From the NCBI GenBank assembly GCA_963783375.1, contig CAWANH010000028.1, positions 256,001-320,000 on the forward strand: a DNA stretch of 64,000 nt, given 5' to 3'. A program made the translations under genes and the position numbers. The notes under the pieces were generated by a model. It had not been told where the DNA came from and made no database searches. It saw only the letters and a list, made by a program, of their open reading frames with translations. The number at the start of each line of letters is the position of its first letter. The stretch's first letter is position 1. The stretch is from Candidatus Eiseniibacteriota bacterium. Lineage in GTDB: Bacteria > Eisenbacteria > RBG-16-71-46 > JABDJR01. Positions 29,934 through 40,045 of this stretch are shown piece by piece.

Positions 29934-31627
29934 GGACGGGTGAAGGCCGGGGCGGCCGAGGCCACCGTGGAATCGGGACCGGAAAGCCGGGTGTCGCGGG
30001 GATGTCCCCGATGGCCGCGGAGGGGAACCACGCTCCGGAGGTTGAGGAGGTTCAGGAGGTTCGGCTTCAGACCGGCGAAATCCCGGTCGTCGTAGAGGTT
30101 CTGGACCACGTAGTAGTAGAGGGGAAGCACCACCATCTCCCGGTTGGTCACCATGTCCTCCGCCCGGTGCAGGAGATCCATCCGCTTTTCCGGGTCGAGG
30201 GTGCGCGCGGCCCGTCCGATCAGCGAGTCGTAGTCCGGGTTCGCGAACCCGGTCCGATTGTTGCCGTTGGTGGAGGTCCACAGGTCGAGGAAGGTGTTGG
30301 GGTCCAGGTAGTCCCCGATCCAGCTCCCCCGGGAGATCCAGTAGTTCTCGGCATCCTGGGTGGACAGAAAGACCTTCCACTCCTGGTTCACCAGCTCCAC
30401 TTCGACCCCCAGGGCCTTCTTCCACTGCTGCTGAAGCACCTCGGCGATCTGCTTGTGGGACTCCGAGGTGTTGAAGAGGAGCTCCACGTGGGGAAAGCCC
30501 TTGCCGCCGGGATAACCGGCCGCGGCCAGGAGCTTCCGGGCCTCCTCCACGTTCCGGTCGGGCATCACGGCCTCGTGATAGCCGGGAACGCCCGGCGGGA
30601 CCAGGCTGTGGGCCGGGACCTGGCCCGCCCGGAGCACGTACTCCGTGATCTCCCGGCGGTTCGTGGCCAGGAAGAACGCCCGGCGCACCCGGACGTCGTC
30701 GAAGGGGGGGCGCTTGACGTTGAAGCGGTAGAAGTAGGTGGCGAAGTAGGGGGCCACGTGGAAGTCGGGGCGCTTCCGGAGCTCGGGGATCACGAAGAGC
30801 GGGGTGGCCCCCGAGTCGGTCCAGTCCAGGATCCCGCTCATGTAGAGGTTGAAGTTGGCGTTGATGTTGTCGGAGGACACCCCGTCGGTGACGCCGAGGG
30901 CGATGTTCTCCGCGTTCCAGTAGTCCGGGTTCCTGACCAGGCGGACGTGGCGGTCGAGAAGCCACTCCTCGAGGAGAAAGGGGCCGTTGGTGACGATGTT
31001 CTCCGGCTTGATCCACTGGTCGCCGTACTTCGCCACCGCCCAGGAGGGAACCGGCAGGTAGGTGTAGAAGGCGCAGAGATCCGGGAAGTAGGCGCAGGGC
31101 GCCCCGAGGTCCACCACCAGGGTGGAGTCGTCGGGCGCGTGGAACCCCAGGGAGTCGGGGTCGGTGATCCGGCCGGAGTTGTAGGCCTCGGCGTTCCGGA
31201 TGGGATAGAGGATCCCGGCGTAGCGGGCGGCGGTGGCCGGGTTCAGGACCCGCTCCCAGGCGTAGACGAAGTCGCCGGCGGTGACCGGACGGCCGTCGGT
31301 CCAGCGCGCCCGGCGGAGGTGGAAGGTGTAGGTGATTCCGTCCGGGCTCCGCTCCCAGGAGCGGGCCATCCCCGGAACCGCCCGGAGGTCGTCGTCCTGG
31401 TAGGTGAGGCCCTCGAAGATGTTCCGGGCCACCCGGCCCCCGGGCTGTCCGGTCACCAGGCCCGGGTCGATGCTCTCGGGTTCGGCCCCCAGAAGCCAAA
31501 CGAAGTCCGCCGGGGCCTCCTTGCCGCCGCAGCCGCCGAGCCCGATGAGGGCGATGAGTAGGAGGGGGGCGAGGACCGAGGCGAGGGGGACCGGTCCCCG
31601 GACGCCAGAGTTGCCGGGACGCACCAT
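29930..31627 (-). CDS. oppA: Peptide ABC transporter substrate-binding lipoprotein
   Basis: Lipobox LGG-C; EPESIDP, IFEGL, YTFHLR.A.WTDG.PVTAGDF.YAW.R, NGPF, WIGDYLDPNTFL. Confidence 0.92.
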   Translation of the reverse strand: MVRPGNSGVRGPVPLASVLAPLLLIALIGLGGCGGKEAPADFVWLLGAEPESIDPGLVTGQPGGRVARNIFEGLTYQDDDLRAVPGMARSWERSPDGITYTFHLRRARWTDGRPVTAGDFVYAWERVLNPATAARYAGILYPIRNAEAYNSGRITDPDSLGFHAPDDSTLVVDLGAPCAYFPDLCAFYTYLPVPSWAVAKYGDQWIKPENIVTNGPFLLEEWLLDRHVRLVRNPDYWNAENIALGVTDGVSSDNINANFNLYMSGILDWTDSGATPLFVIPELRKRPDFHVAPYFATYFYRFNVKRPPFDDVRVRRAFFLATNRREITEYVLRAGQVPAHSLVPPGVPGYHEAVMPDRNVEEARKLLAAAGYPGGKGFPHVELLFNTSESHKQIAEVLQQQWKKALGVEVELVNQEWKVFLSTQDAENYWISRGSWIGDYLDPNTFLDLWTSTNGNNRTGFANPDYDSLIGRAARTLDPEKRMDLLHRAEDMVTNREMVVLPLYYYVVQNLYDDRDFAGLKPNLLNLLNLRSVVPLRGHRGHPRDTRLSGPDSTVASAAPAFTRP

Positions 31628-31782
31628 GGCGACAAGCCTAGCACAGCCGGAGCCGGGCTCTTCCGGGCGGTCTTGCGCCGATCCCGGGGAAGGTGTATCA
31701 AGACGACGATCGGGCTTCGTGTCCATGTCCGAAACCGCTTGCCGGAGGCCCGAACGCCTCCGCGTCCGGGAGGAAAGTCCCA

Positions 31783-32676
31783 ATGCGTCGTCTACTCTCC
31801 GTTCTCGTCCTGATCGCCCTGGCCGCCCTGGCCGGTTGCATCAACTACGAGGAGCACGTCCAGATCCAGAAGGACGGCTCCGGCACCCTCACCATGCACA
31901 TGGCCATGGACCGGCACATGATCGACCAGATGCAGACCATGGCCGAGCAGTTCGGGGAGAGCGATTCCGACCCTCTCGAGGACGTCCGCTCCGATCTGAA
32001 CCGCGACAAGATCGAATCGCAGTTCAAGGAGACCGGGTCCAGGCTCAAGCTCACCAAGTACGACGAACAGGTGACCGACGACGCCTACGTCTGGGACCTG
32101 GCCATCTCCTTCCCGCACTACGACGACCTGAAGGACTTCGATATGGGGGACGGGGAGAGCGGCCATCACGACTCCGACGGCCCGGGGCAGTTCACCTATG
32201 AGAAGCAGCCGGACGGGACCTGGCTCTACCGGCGCGGCATGGATGAGGGGGCCAAAGCGGACATCCCGGGATCCGGAGGGGCGATGGACCAGGGAGACTC
32301 CGAGTCCGCCGAGGCCGGAGAATCCCCGGGGATGGACGAGGAAAACGCCGACGGCGGTGATTGGGAGCCCGTGGCCGACGAGGACTCCGAGCCCGCGGAT
32401 GAAGAGTCCGCGGAAATGGGCGCCGGCGGGGATTCGGAAGATGTCGGGGAAGGCATGGAGGAGTTCGGGAAGGCCATGGAGCAGATGGGCCAGATGATGC
32501 AGGCCATGACCGAGGCGGCGCAGAAGTCCTCGCTCACCTTCACCGTCACCTTCCCGGGGAAGATCGTGGAGTCCAACGCCACCCGGGTGGAGGGGAACAC
32601 CGCGACCTGGGAATACAAGCTCGACGATCTCGAGGGGGAGCAGGAGCCGGTGATGACGGCGAGGATCAAGCCCTGA
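31783..32676 (+). CDS. Hypothetical lipoprotein (LppM-like) with long acidic insert
   Basis: Lipobox LAG-C; I.KDGSG; VTFPGKIVESNATRVEGNTATW. Confidence 0.7.
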   Translation: MRRLLSVLVLIALAALAGCINYEEHVQIQKDGSGTLTMHMAMDRHMIDQMQTMAEQFGESDSDPLEDVRSDLNRDKIESQFKETGSRLKLTKYDEQVTDDAYVWDLAISFPHYDDLKDFDMGDGESGHHDSDGPGQFTYEKQPDGTWLYRRGMDEGAKADIPGSGGAMDQGDSESAEAGESPGMDEENADGGDWEPVADEDSEPADEESAEMGAGGDSEDVGEGMEEFGKAMEQMGQMMQAMTEAAQKSSLTFTVTFPGKIVESNATRVEGNTATWEYKLDDLEGEQEPVMTARIKP

Positions 32677-33356
32677 GCGAGGAGCGCCACCCGTTCATTC
32701 CCCTCGAGTTCGAGCGGCTCGCCCCCCAGGAGCAGGAGGCCCGGTTGGCCGAGCTGGCGGAGCGCCTGGCCCGCCGCCGGTCCGTTCGGGCCTTCTCCCC
32801 CGACCCCGTCCCCCGGCGGCTGGTGGAGGAGGCGATCCGGGTGGCCGGGCGGGCCCCCTCCGGGGCCAACCTTCAGCCCTGGCGCTTCGTCCTGGTCGAG
32901 GACCCCGACGTGAAGCGCCGGATCCGGGAGGCGGCCGAGGAGGAGGAGCGGGAGAGCTACGCCCACCGCATGCCCTCGGAGTGGTTGGAGCGGCTGGCTC
33001 CCCTGGGGACCGACGAGCACAAGCCGTACCTCGAGATCGCCCCCTATCTGATCGTGGTGTTCAAGATCGACTACGGGGTCGAGACCGGTCCGGACGGGGC
33101 GGAGCGCAAGGTGAAGCATTACTACGTGAACGAGTCGGTGGGGCTGGCCTCCGGGTTCCTGCTCGCCGCGCTCACCGTGGCCGGGTTGGCCACCCTCACC
33201 CATACCCCGAGTCCGATGGGCTTCCTCACGCGGATCCTGGGGATGCCGGCCAACCATCGGCCCTATCTCCTCATTCCGGTGGGCTACCCCGCCGAGGGGG
33301 CGGAGGTCCCCGACATCGCGAAGAAGCCCCTGGAGGAGATCCTGACCCGGCGCTGA
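32673..33356 (+). CDS. Iodotyrosine deiodinase (IYD)-type flavin nitroreductase; probable CTG start
   Basis: RRSVR.F, APSGANLQPW, EEEERESY..RM..W...L..L.T...K.YL (E/Y/K halotyrosine lid), HYY..ESV, LTHTP, IPVGYP. Confidence 0.88.
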   Translation: MSEERHPFIPLEFERLAPQEQEARLAELAERLARRRSVRAFSPDPVPRRLVEEAIRVAGRAPSGANLQPWRFVLVEDPDVKRRIREAAEEEERESYAHRMPSEWLERLAPLGTDEHKPYLEIAPYLIVVFKIDYGVETGPDGAERKVKHYYVNESVGLASGFLLAALTVAGLATLTHTPSPMGFLTRILGMPANHRPYLLIPVGYPAEGAEVPDIAKKPLEEILTRR

Positions 33357-33427
33357 ACCCGGGATTGGACGGTGCGGACCGGAGGCGGGATCGTGGAGAC
33401 AAGGCCCCCCACCCGAGGAGGACGAGG

Positions 33428-34006
33428 ATGATCATCAGGCATTGGGCGACGGTCGGGATCGCGGCGGCGGCGACGGTGCTCCTTCTCGGCGCCTGCGCCC
33501 GGGCCGACCGGGACACCGCCGGGAACCAGGAGAACACCATGACCGACCTGACCGTGAAGAGCGCGGCGTTCGACGCCGGTAGCGCCATCCCCACCGAGTA
33601 CACCTGCGACGGGAGCGATCTCTCCCCCGCCCTGAGCTGGAGCCGGGGTCCGGAGGGGACCGCCGCCTGGGCGCTGATCGTGGACGACCCCGACGCCCCG
33701 GGGCAGACCTGGGTGCACTGGGTGTTCTACAACCTTCCCCCCGACACCCTGGGCCTTCCGAGGGGAGTGGCGGCGGATTCCACCGCTCGGGGCGGCCTCC
33801 AGGGGACCACCGATTTCAAACGGGTCGGCTACGGCGGCCCCTGCCCGCCTCCCGGCCACGGCCCCCATCACTACCACTTCAAGCTCTACGCCCTGGACCG
33901 GAAGTTGGAACTCCAGGCGGGAGCGACCAAGCCCCAGGTGGAAGCGGCCATGGAGGGTCACATCCTGGCCCACGGGGAGCTGATCGGCACCTACGAGCGG
34001 AAGTAG
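33428..34006 (+). CDS. YbhB/YbcL (PEBP, Raf kinase inhibitor-like) lipoprotein
   Basis: YTCDG.D.SP.L.W, DDPDAP..WVHW, GYGGPCPPPGHGPHHY.F.LYALD; lipobox LGA-C. Confidence 0.92.
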   Translation: MIIRHWATVGIAAAATVLLLGACARADRDTAGNQENTMTDLTVKSAAFDAGSAIPTEYTCDGSDLSPALSWSRGPEGTAAWALIVDDPDAPGQTWVHWVFYNLPPDTLGLPRGVAADSTARGGLQGTTDFKRVGYGGPCPPPGHGPHHYHFKLYALDRKLELQAGATKPQVEAAMEGHILAHGELIGTYERK

Positions 34007-34143
34007 GCGCGGCACGCGGCCGGCGTCCTCCAACCGCCGGGAGCGACCGGTTTGAACATCGGCGGCGTGGTTCGCTATCATTGCGGCGACAATCATCCGC
34101 GCCCGCGGCGGCCTCGCTGCAAGCAATCGAAAGGAGCCTCGTC

Positions 34144-34758
34144 ATGCGAAACCACTGGTTTCGTGCCGTCATGCTTTGCCTGGCCCCCGCCTTCCTGCTT
34201 CTCCTCCCCTCCGGGGTCCGACCCGCCGAGGCCTCGGGGGGGTCGATCGGGGTCCATCTCGGGTACGCCAAGGCCCGGGACGCCAAGGACGGAAACGGGT
34301 TGGCCGGCGGCCAGCTGGAGTTCCGGCTCGCTTCCTGGCTCGGGATCCAGGGTGCGGTGGACTACCGCCTGGTGAACACCTACCGGATCGACGCCCTGGC
34401 CGCGAGCGGAGATCTCAAGGTCCGGAGCGTCCCCACCACGGTCTCCGCCAAGGTGTACGTTCCGCTCATGGTGGTGTCCCCCTTCGCCGAGGCCGGGGCC
34501 GGCTGGTACCACATGATCTACGACTACTCCTCGAGCCTCGAGTCGGCGGGGCTCGCCGACCGTTCCGAAACGACCTTCGGCTGGCACGTGGGCGGCGGGG
34601 TGGAGATCCCGGTCGCCCCCCGGGTCTCGTTCTACGGCGAGGGTCGGGCGGTGTTCGTGGATCCCGACCAAGCGCTGAACGACCAGCTCAAGAACCAGGT
34701 CAAGAACTTCAACTACGACTCCTCCTACTTCGCGGCGGGGCTGAACCTCCACTTCTGA
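34144..34758 (+). CDS. Outer-membrane beta-barrel (OmpW/porin-like) protein
   Basis: Signal peptide, alternating beta pattern, PFAEAGAGWY, FGWHVGGGVE, terminal Phe. Confidence 0.8.
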   Translation: MRNHWFRAVMLCLAPAFLLLLPSGVRPAEASGGSIGVHLGYAKARDAKDGNGLAGGQLEFRLASWLGIQGAVDYRLVNTYRIDALAASGDLKVRSVPTTVSAKVYVPLMVVSPFAEAGAGWYHMIYDYSSSLESAGLADRSETTFGWHVGGGVEIPVAPRVSFYGEGRAVFVDPDQALNDQLKNQVKNFNYDSSYFAAGLNLHF

Positions 34759-34805
34759 TCCCGCCGTCCTCCGGCGGTACGGCGCCTGGAGCCGCGACCT
34801 CGTGA

Positions 34806-34843
34806 GACCCCCGGAGGCGAAGCGGCCTCCGGGGGTCGTCTTT
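34806..34843 (+). terminator. Rho-independent terminator
   Basis: 13-bp stem GACCCCCGGAGGC/GCCTCCGGGGGTC followed by GTCTTT. Confidence 0.7.
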
Positions 34844-34934
34844 CGCCCGGCGGGCCCCCCGGGGCCGTCTTGCCCCTCCGTCCCCCACCGCCTAGGATCA
34901 TCGGAATGCGTTCCGAGAGGGGAGGGTCCATCGC

Positions 34935-36089
34935 GTGAATCGCTGGGTGAAACGCTTGCTGATCCTGGGTGGGGTGGTGGCGGTGATCGTCGTGCTCCGG
35001 CTCACCGTGTTCCGGCCGGCGCCGGTGCCGGTGACGGTATACACGCTGGTGCGGGGCCGGGTCGAGGACACGGTGGTGAACTCCCGGGCCGGCACCATCA
35101 AATCCCGGCGGCGGGCCCAGATGAGCCCCGGGATCGCCGGCCTGGTGAAGGCGATCCCCGCCAAGAAGGGCGAGACGGTGAAGAAGGGGCAGGTCCTCCT
35201 TCGCCTCGACGACGAGGAGTACCGGGCCCAGGTGGTCCTGGCCGAACGCTCGGTGGACGCGGCCCAGGCGGCGAGCGAGGAAGCAGGGCTCGCCGCGGAT
35301 CAGGCCCTCCGGGACCTGAAGCGGGCCCAGGGGCTGGCCCAGCAGAACCTCCTCTCGGAACAGGCCCTGGAGACCGCCCGCACCCGGTCCGAGTCGGCGG
35401 AGTCGTCCGGAAAGGCGGCCCGCGAGCAGGTGAAGCGGGCCAGGGCCCAGCTCGACGTGGCCCGCGCCACCCTGGACAAGACGATCATGATCGCGCCCTT
35501 CGACGGGGTGGTGCTGGACGTCACCACCGAGGTCGGGGAATGGATCAGCCCATCGCCTCCCGGGGTGTTCATTCCCCCGGTGGTGGACGTGATCGACCCC
35601 GACTCCCTGTACGTGAACGCCCCCCTGGACGAGGCCGACGTGGCCAAGGTGAAGGTCGGCCTCCCGGTTCGCGTCACCATGGACGCGTTCCGCGGGCAGT
35701 CGTTTCCGGGCACGGTGTCCTACGTCTCCTCCTACGTGGAGACCAAGCAGGAGCAGAACCGCACCCTCACCGTGGAGGCGACCTTCGACCGGCGGTCGGA
35801 ACTGCCGGCGAACGTCCTTCCCGGCCTCTCCGCCGACATCGAAGTCATTCTCGCCGAGCGGGACGACGTCCTGCGCATCCCCACCTATGCCCTCCTGGAG
35901 GGGAACAAGGTCCTGAAGGTGGAGAGCGGGACCCTGAAGGAAGTGAAGGTCCAGACCGGCCTCCACAACTGGGAATACACCGAGATCACGTCGGGGCTCG
36001 CGGCCGGCGACCGGGTGGTGGTTTCGCTGGACCGGAGCGACGTGAAGGACGGGGCCCGGGTCAAGGTGACCGGCGAGAGCGAAAAGTGA
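34935..36089 (+). CDS. MacA-like membrane fusion (periplasmic adaptor) protein
   Basis: N-terminal anchor, GETVKKGQVLLRLD, coiled coil, IAPFDGVV, DEADVAKVKVG, GLAAGDRVV. Confidence 0.9.
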   Translation: MNRWVKRLLILGGVVAVIVVLRLTVFRPAPVPVTVYTLVRGRVEDTVVNSRAGTIKSRRRAQMSPGIAGLVKAIPAKKGETVKKGQVLLRLDDEEYRAQVVLAERSVDAAQAASEEAGLAADQALRDLKRAQGLAQQNLLSEQALETARTRSESAESSGKAAREQVKRARAQLDVARATLDKTIMIAPFDGVVLDVTTEVGEWISPSPPGVFIPPVVDVIDPDSLYVNAPLDEADVAKVKVGLPVRVTMDAFRGQSFPGTVSYVSSYVETKQEQNRTLTVEATFDRRSELPANVLPGLSADIEVILAERDDVLRIPTYALLEGNKVLKVESGTLKEVKVQTGLHNWEYTEITSGLAAGDRVVVSLDRSDVKDGARVKVTGESEK

Positions 36090-36799
36090 TCGAGCTGGCG
36101 GGGATCACGCGCACCTACGAGGTCGGAGGGCGCCCGGTGCGGGCGCTCAAGGGCCTCGACCTGGTGGTGGGCGACGGCGAGTACGTCTCCATCATGGGGC
36201 CCTCGGGGTCGGGAAAGTCGACGCTCCTGAACATTCTCGGCTGCCTCGACCGTCCCACCGCCGGATCCTACAAGCTGGACGGGCAGGAGACCGCCCGCAT
36301 GGCCGAGACCGAACTCTCCCGGATCCGCCGCCACAAGATCGGCTTCGTGTTCCAGTTCTTCCATCTGGTGGCCCGGCTCACCGCGGCGGAGAACGTGGAG
36401 CTGCCCATGATCTTCGCCGGCCTGGATCCGGCCGAGCGACGGCGGCGGATCGAGCGGGCGCTCGGCTCGGTGGGTCTGGCCGAACGCGTGGACCACCGCC
36501 CCGACCAGCTCTCCGGGGGCGAGCGCCAGCGGGTGGCCATCGCCCGGGCGGTGGTGATGGAACCGTCGATCCTCCTCGCCGACGAACCCACCGGGAACCT
36601 GGACTCGGCCTCGGGGAACGAGATCGTGGAGCTGATCGAGGAGATGAACGCCGGGGGGCTCACCCTGGTGGTGGTGACCCACGACCCGTCGATCGGAGGG
36701 CGGGCCCACCGCCGGGTCCGGCTGAAGGACGGGGATCTGGTCTCCGACGATCGCGGCGCGCCGGAGCCCGCGCCCGAGGGTGCAGGAGACCGGCGGTGA
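36086..36799 (+). CDS. MacB/LolD-type ABC ATP-binding protein
   Basis: GPSGSGKST, LSGGERQRVAIARA, LLADEPTGNLD, VTHD; GTGA overlap with the upstream gene. Confidence 0.95.
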   Translation: MIELAGITRTYEVGGRPVRALKGLDLVVGDGEYVSIMGPSGSGKSTLLNILGCLDRPTAGSYKLDGQETARMAETELSRIRRHKIGFVFQFFHLVARLTAAENVELPMIFAGLDPAERRRRIERALGSVGLAERVDHRPDQLSGGERQRVAIARAVVMEPSILLADEPTGNLDSASGNEIVELIEEMNAGGLTLVVVTHDPSIGGRAHRRVRLKDGDLVSDDRGAPEPAPEGAGDRR

Positions 36800-36818
36800 C
36801 CGGCGGTGGAGGCCGGCC

Positions 36819-38024
36819 GTGAAGAGCGCCGATCTCTTGCGCTTCTCCGCGGGAGGGCTTCGCGGTCACCGTCTCCGCACGTTCCTCTCGCTCCTGGGGG
36901 TGGCCATCGGGGTGGCCTCGGTGGTCATGCTCACCAGCCTCGGCGAGGGGGCGAAGCTCTACGTCACCGGGGAGTTCACCTCCCTCGGCACGAACCTCCT
37001 CATCGTGCTCCCCGGAAAGACCGAAACCCAGGGCACCACCCCCTTCGTGAACACCGCCCCTCACGATCTCACCGTGGCCGACGCCGAAGCCCTCAAGCGC
37101 CGCATCCCCCAGATCCGCCGGGTAGCCCCGCTGGCCCTCGGCACCGGCCCCGCCGGGTACGGCGATCGGACCCGCGACGTCACCGTGGTCGGGACCACCA
37201 ACGAGGTCATGGCCATCCGGAAGCTCCAGATGGGGATCGGCCGGTTCATCCCGCCGGGAATCACCGACGCCCCGGTTGCGGTCCTGGGCGCCAAGGTGCA
37301 GACCGAGCTCTTCGGATCGAAGAACCCGCTGGGGGAGATGATCCGGGTGGGAAACTACCGATTCCGGGTGATCGGGGTGATCGCCCCCCGGGGCACCTCC
37401 ATCGGGATGAACCTGGACGAGGTGGTGGAGATCCCGGTGGACACCGCCATGCGGATGTTCAACCGCACGACCCTGTTCCGGGTCATGGCCGAGGTGCGAA
37501 GCCACCAGGAGATCGACCAGGCCCGCAAGGAAGCGGTCCAGGTGCTGAAGGAGCGTCACGGGGGTGAGGAGGACGTGACCGTTCTGACCCAGGACGCGGT
37601 GCTCTCCACCTTCAACCAGATCCTCAACATCCTGACCGCGGCCCTGGCCGGGATCGCGGCGATCTCCCTGAGCGTGGCCGGGATCGGCATCATGAACGTG
37701 ATGCTGGTCTCGATCTCGGAGCGGACCCGGGAGGTGGGGCTCCTGAAGGCGCTCGGCGTCACCTCCGGCCAGATCGTGAGCGTGTTCCTGATCGAGGCGG
37801 CGATCATCTCCACCGCGGGCGGAGCGCTGGGGCTCCTGGCCGGGGTGGGTGCGGGACGCCTGCTCCACCACATCTATCCCGATTTCCCGGTCCAGGCTCC
37901 CATCTGGGCGGTGGCGGCGGCACTGGTGGTCTCGATCTCGGTGGGGCTGTTGTTCGGGAGCCTCCCCGCCCGCCGCGCGGCCCGGCTCGACCCGGTGGAA
38001 GCGCTCATGCGGAGGCGGGGATGA
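36819..38024 (+). CDS. MacB/FtsX-type ABC permease
   Basis: RTFLSLLGVAIG, GIGIMNVMLVSISERTREVG..KALG, PARRAARLDPVEAL. Confidence 0.93.
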   Translation: MKSADLLRFSAGGLRGHRLRTFLSLLGVAIGVASVVMLTSLGEGAKLYVTGEFTSLGTNLLIVLPGKTETQGTTPFVNTAPHDLTVADAEALKRRIPQIRRVAPLALGTGPAGYGDRTRDVTVVGTTNEVMAIRKLQMGIGRFIPPGITDAPVAVLGAKVQTELFGSKNPLGEMIRVGNYRFRVIGVIAPRGTSIGMNLDEVVEIPVDTAMRMFNRTTLFRVMAEVRSHQEIDQARKEAVQVLKERHGGEEDVTVLTQDAVLSTFNQILNILTAALAGIAAISLSVAGIGIMNVMLVSISERTREVGLLKALGVTSGQIVSVFLIEAAIISTAGGALGLLAGVGAGRLLHHIYPDFPVQAPIWAVAAALVVSISVGLLFGSLPARRAARLDPVEALMRRRG

Positions 38025-38109
38025 GGGGCCGGGCGGTCCGGCGCCGGCGTCGCGGATCGGGGCGCGGCCGAACTTCGGCGCGAGCGCCGAGGCCTCGGAG
38101 CGTGACGCG

Positions 38110-39312
38110 ATGACCTTCGAGGACGTCCTCCGCCAGTCCTACCGCGCCATTCTCGGCCACCGCCAGCGATCGCTCCTCACCATGCTCGGGATCTCGATCG
38201 GGATCGCTTCGGTGATCCTGTTGACCTCGATCGGCGAGGGAACGCGCCTCTACATCCTCACCCAGTTCACCCAGTTCGGGACCAACCTGGTGGCGGTGAA
38301 CCCCGGGAAGACCGAGACCACCGGCGTGCCCGGCGCCCTGGGAGGGACCATCCACCCCCTGAGCCTGGCCGACACCGAGGCCCTGGGGCGGGTGCGCGGG
38401 GTGGGGGGAGCGGTGCCGGTGACCATGGGCACCGCCCCGGTGGAGTACGCCGGGCTGACCCGGAACGTCTTCGTCTACGGCACCACCTCCGGCGCGCCCG
38501 AGGTGTGGCGGATGGGGGTCCGGGTGGGGCGCTTCCTCCCCGCCGGCGATCCGCGGTACGGATCGTCGGTGACCGTGCTCGGCCCCAAGCTCAAGCGCGA
38601 ACTCTTCGGTGACGCCAACGCCCTGGGCGAGCACGTGCGGGTCGGGGGCGAGCGGTTCCTGGTGGTGGGGATCATGGCGCCCAAGGGACAGTTCCTGGGC
38701 TTCGATCTCGACGACTCGGCCTACATTCCCGTGGCCTCCGCCATGGCGCTCTTCAACCTGGACGGGCTCCAGGAGATCGATCTCCTGGTGGACAACTCCT
38801 CCCTGGTGGATTCGGTGGTGGTGCGGATGACCGACCTCCTGACCGCGCGGCACGGCGGCGACGACGACTTCACCGTCACCACCCAGACCGGGATGCTCGA
38901 CACCCTGAGCCGCATCATCGGCATCGTGAGCATGGCGGTGGCGGGGATCGGCGGCATCTCGCTCCTGGTGGGGGCGATCGGCATTCTCACCATGATGTGG
39001 ATCTCGGTGAACGAGCGGACGGGGGAGATCGGTCTGGCCAAGGCCATCGGGGCCACGCCCCGCCAGATCCTCGTGCTCTACCTGGCCGAGGCGGCGGCGC
39101 TCTCCACCACCGGCGGCCTGGCCGGTTTGGCGGTGGGGTTCGGACTCGCCCAGCTCATCCACATGTTCGTCCCCGCGCTTCCCGTCCACACTCCGATGGC
39201 CTACGTGGTGATGGCGGTGGCGGTGAGCCTGATCGTGGGGCTCCTGAGCGGGATTCTTCCCGCGCGGCGGGCGGCGGCCCTGGACCCGGTGGAAGCGCTG
39301 GCCGCGGAGTAG
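38110..39312 (+). CDS. MacB/FtsX-type ABC permease (second paralog)
   Basis: RSLLTMLGISIG, ERTGEIG.AKAIGA, PARRAAALDPVEAL. Confidence 0.93.
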   Translation: MTFEDVLRQSYRAILGHRQRSLLTMLGISIGIASVILLTSIGEGTRLYILTQFTQFGTNLVAVNPGKTETTGVPGALGGTIHPLSLADTEALGRVRGVGGAVPVTMGTAPVEYAGLTRNVFVYGTTSGAPEVWRMGVRVGRFLPAGDPRYGSSVTVLGPKLKRELFGDANALGEHVRVGGERFLVVGIMAPKGQFLGFDLDDSAYIPVASAMALFNLDGLQEIDLLVDNSSLVDSVVVRMTDLLTARHGGDDDFTVTTQTGMLDTLSRIIGIVSMAVAGIGGISLLVGAIGILTMMWISVNERTGEIGLAKAIGATPRQILVLYLAEAAALSTTGGLAGLAVGFGLAQLIHMFVPALPVHTPMAYVVMAVAVSLIVGLLSGILPARRAAALDPVEALAAE

Positions 39313-39443
39313 GTGGAGAGCCGGGGCGGTGTGGGCCCCGGCCCCGGGTTTGCGGGGGGCGCGCGGTGGGCGGCGGAGTTCCGGGGTGAGCGGCGGCCGG
39401 GGAACGGGCGCGGGCGGCGCCGCGGACCGCAGGAAGATCGGTT

Positions 39444-39887
39444 CTACCGAATCCCGGTGTCGTAGGAAAGGTTCGCCTCCGCCCAGCCGGTCGGGGGCAC
39501 GGTCACGTCCACCGGCGCGGGAGGATGGGGGAACGGCGAGGAGCCGACCCCGCTCCCGGAGTCCAAGTCGACCGCGGGCATGGGCACCACACGGTACTTC
39601 CCGGGATCCAGCGCCACCATGTAGCGGCCGTCGGCGTCCGAGGTCGCCTCCGCGGCCACGCTCCCGTCCAGGTTCTCGATCCGGATGGGCGCGGCATAGG
39701 GGGAGTCGGGACAGGGGTTCCTGGCGCTCACCGGCCCGGGGCACATGGGCCCCAGGGTGATCTCACCGCCGATGCCCGTTCCCTCGAGGTTGGTGAGCCA
39801 GCTGGTTTCGCGGGACGCGACGGGATTGTCCCGCTGGCAGCCCGCCACGGCGAACACGGCGACGAGCGCGATGATGAGCTTTCGCAT
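39444..39887 (-). CDS. Small lipoprotein with carboxypeptidase-regulatory-like (transthyretin) fold
   Basis: Lipobox VAG-C; GPMCP..PC.D.P, SDADGRY..L.PG.Y, YDTGIR. Confidence 0.7.
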   Translation of the reverse strand: MRKLIIALVAVFAVAGCQRDNPVASRETSWLTNLEGTGIGGEITLGPMCPGPVSARNPCPDSPYAAPIRIENLDGSVAAEATSDADGRYMVALDPGKYRVVPMPAVDLDSGSGVGSSPFPHPPAPVDVTVPPTGWAEANLSYDTGIR

Positions 39888-40045
39888 GAGCGCTCTCCTT
39901 TCCGGCCGGAATCCAAGGTCCCCGTGACTCTCAGGACACTATACCCCAAGAACCGGGGAAAAGATCCGACGGGCGATACTGCTCATCCGTTCCGTGGTGG
40001 AACGGTTCGCGGTGGGTCGGTGCCCTCCACCCCCCGGGACCCGGC

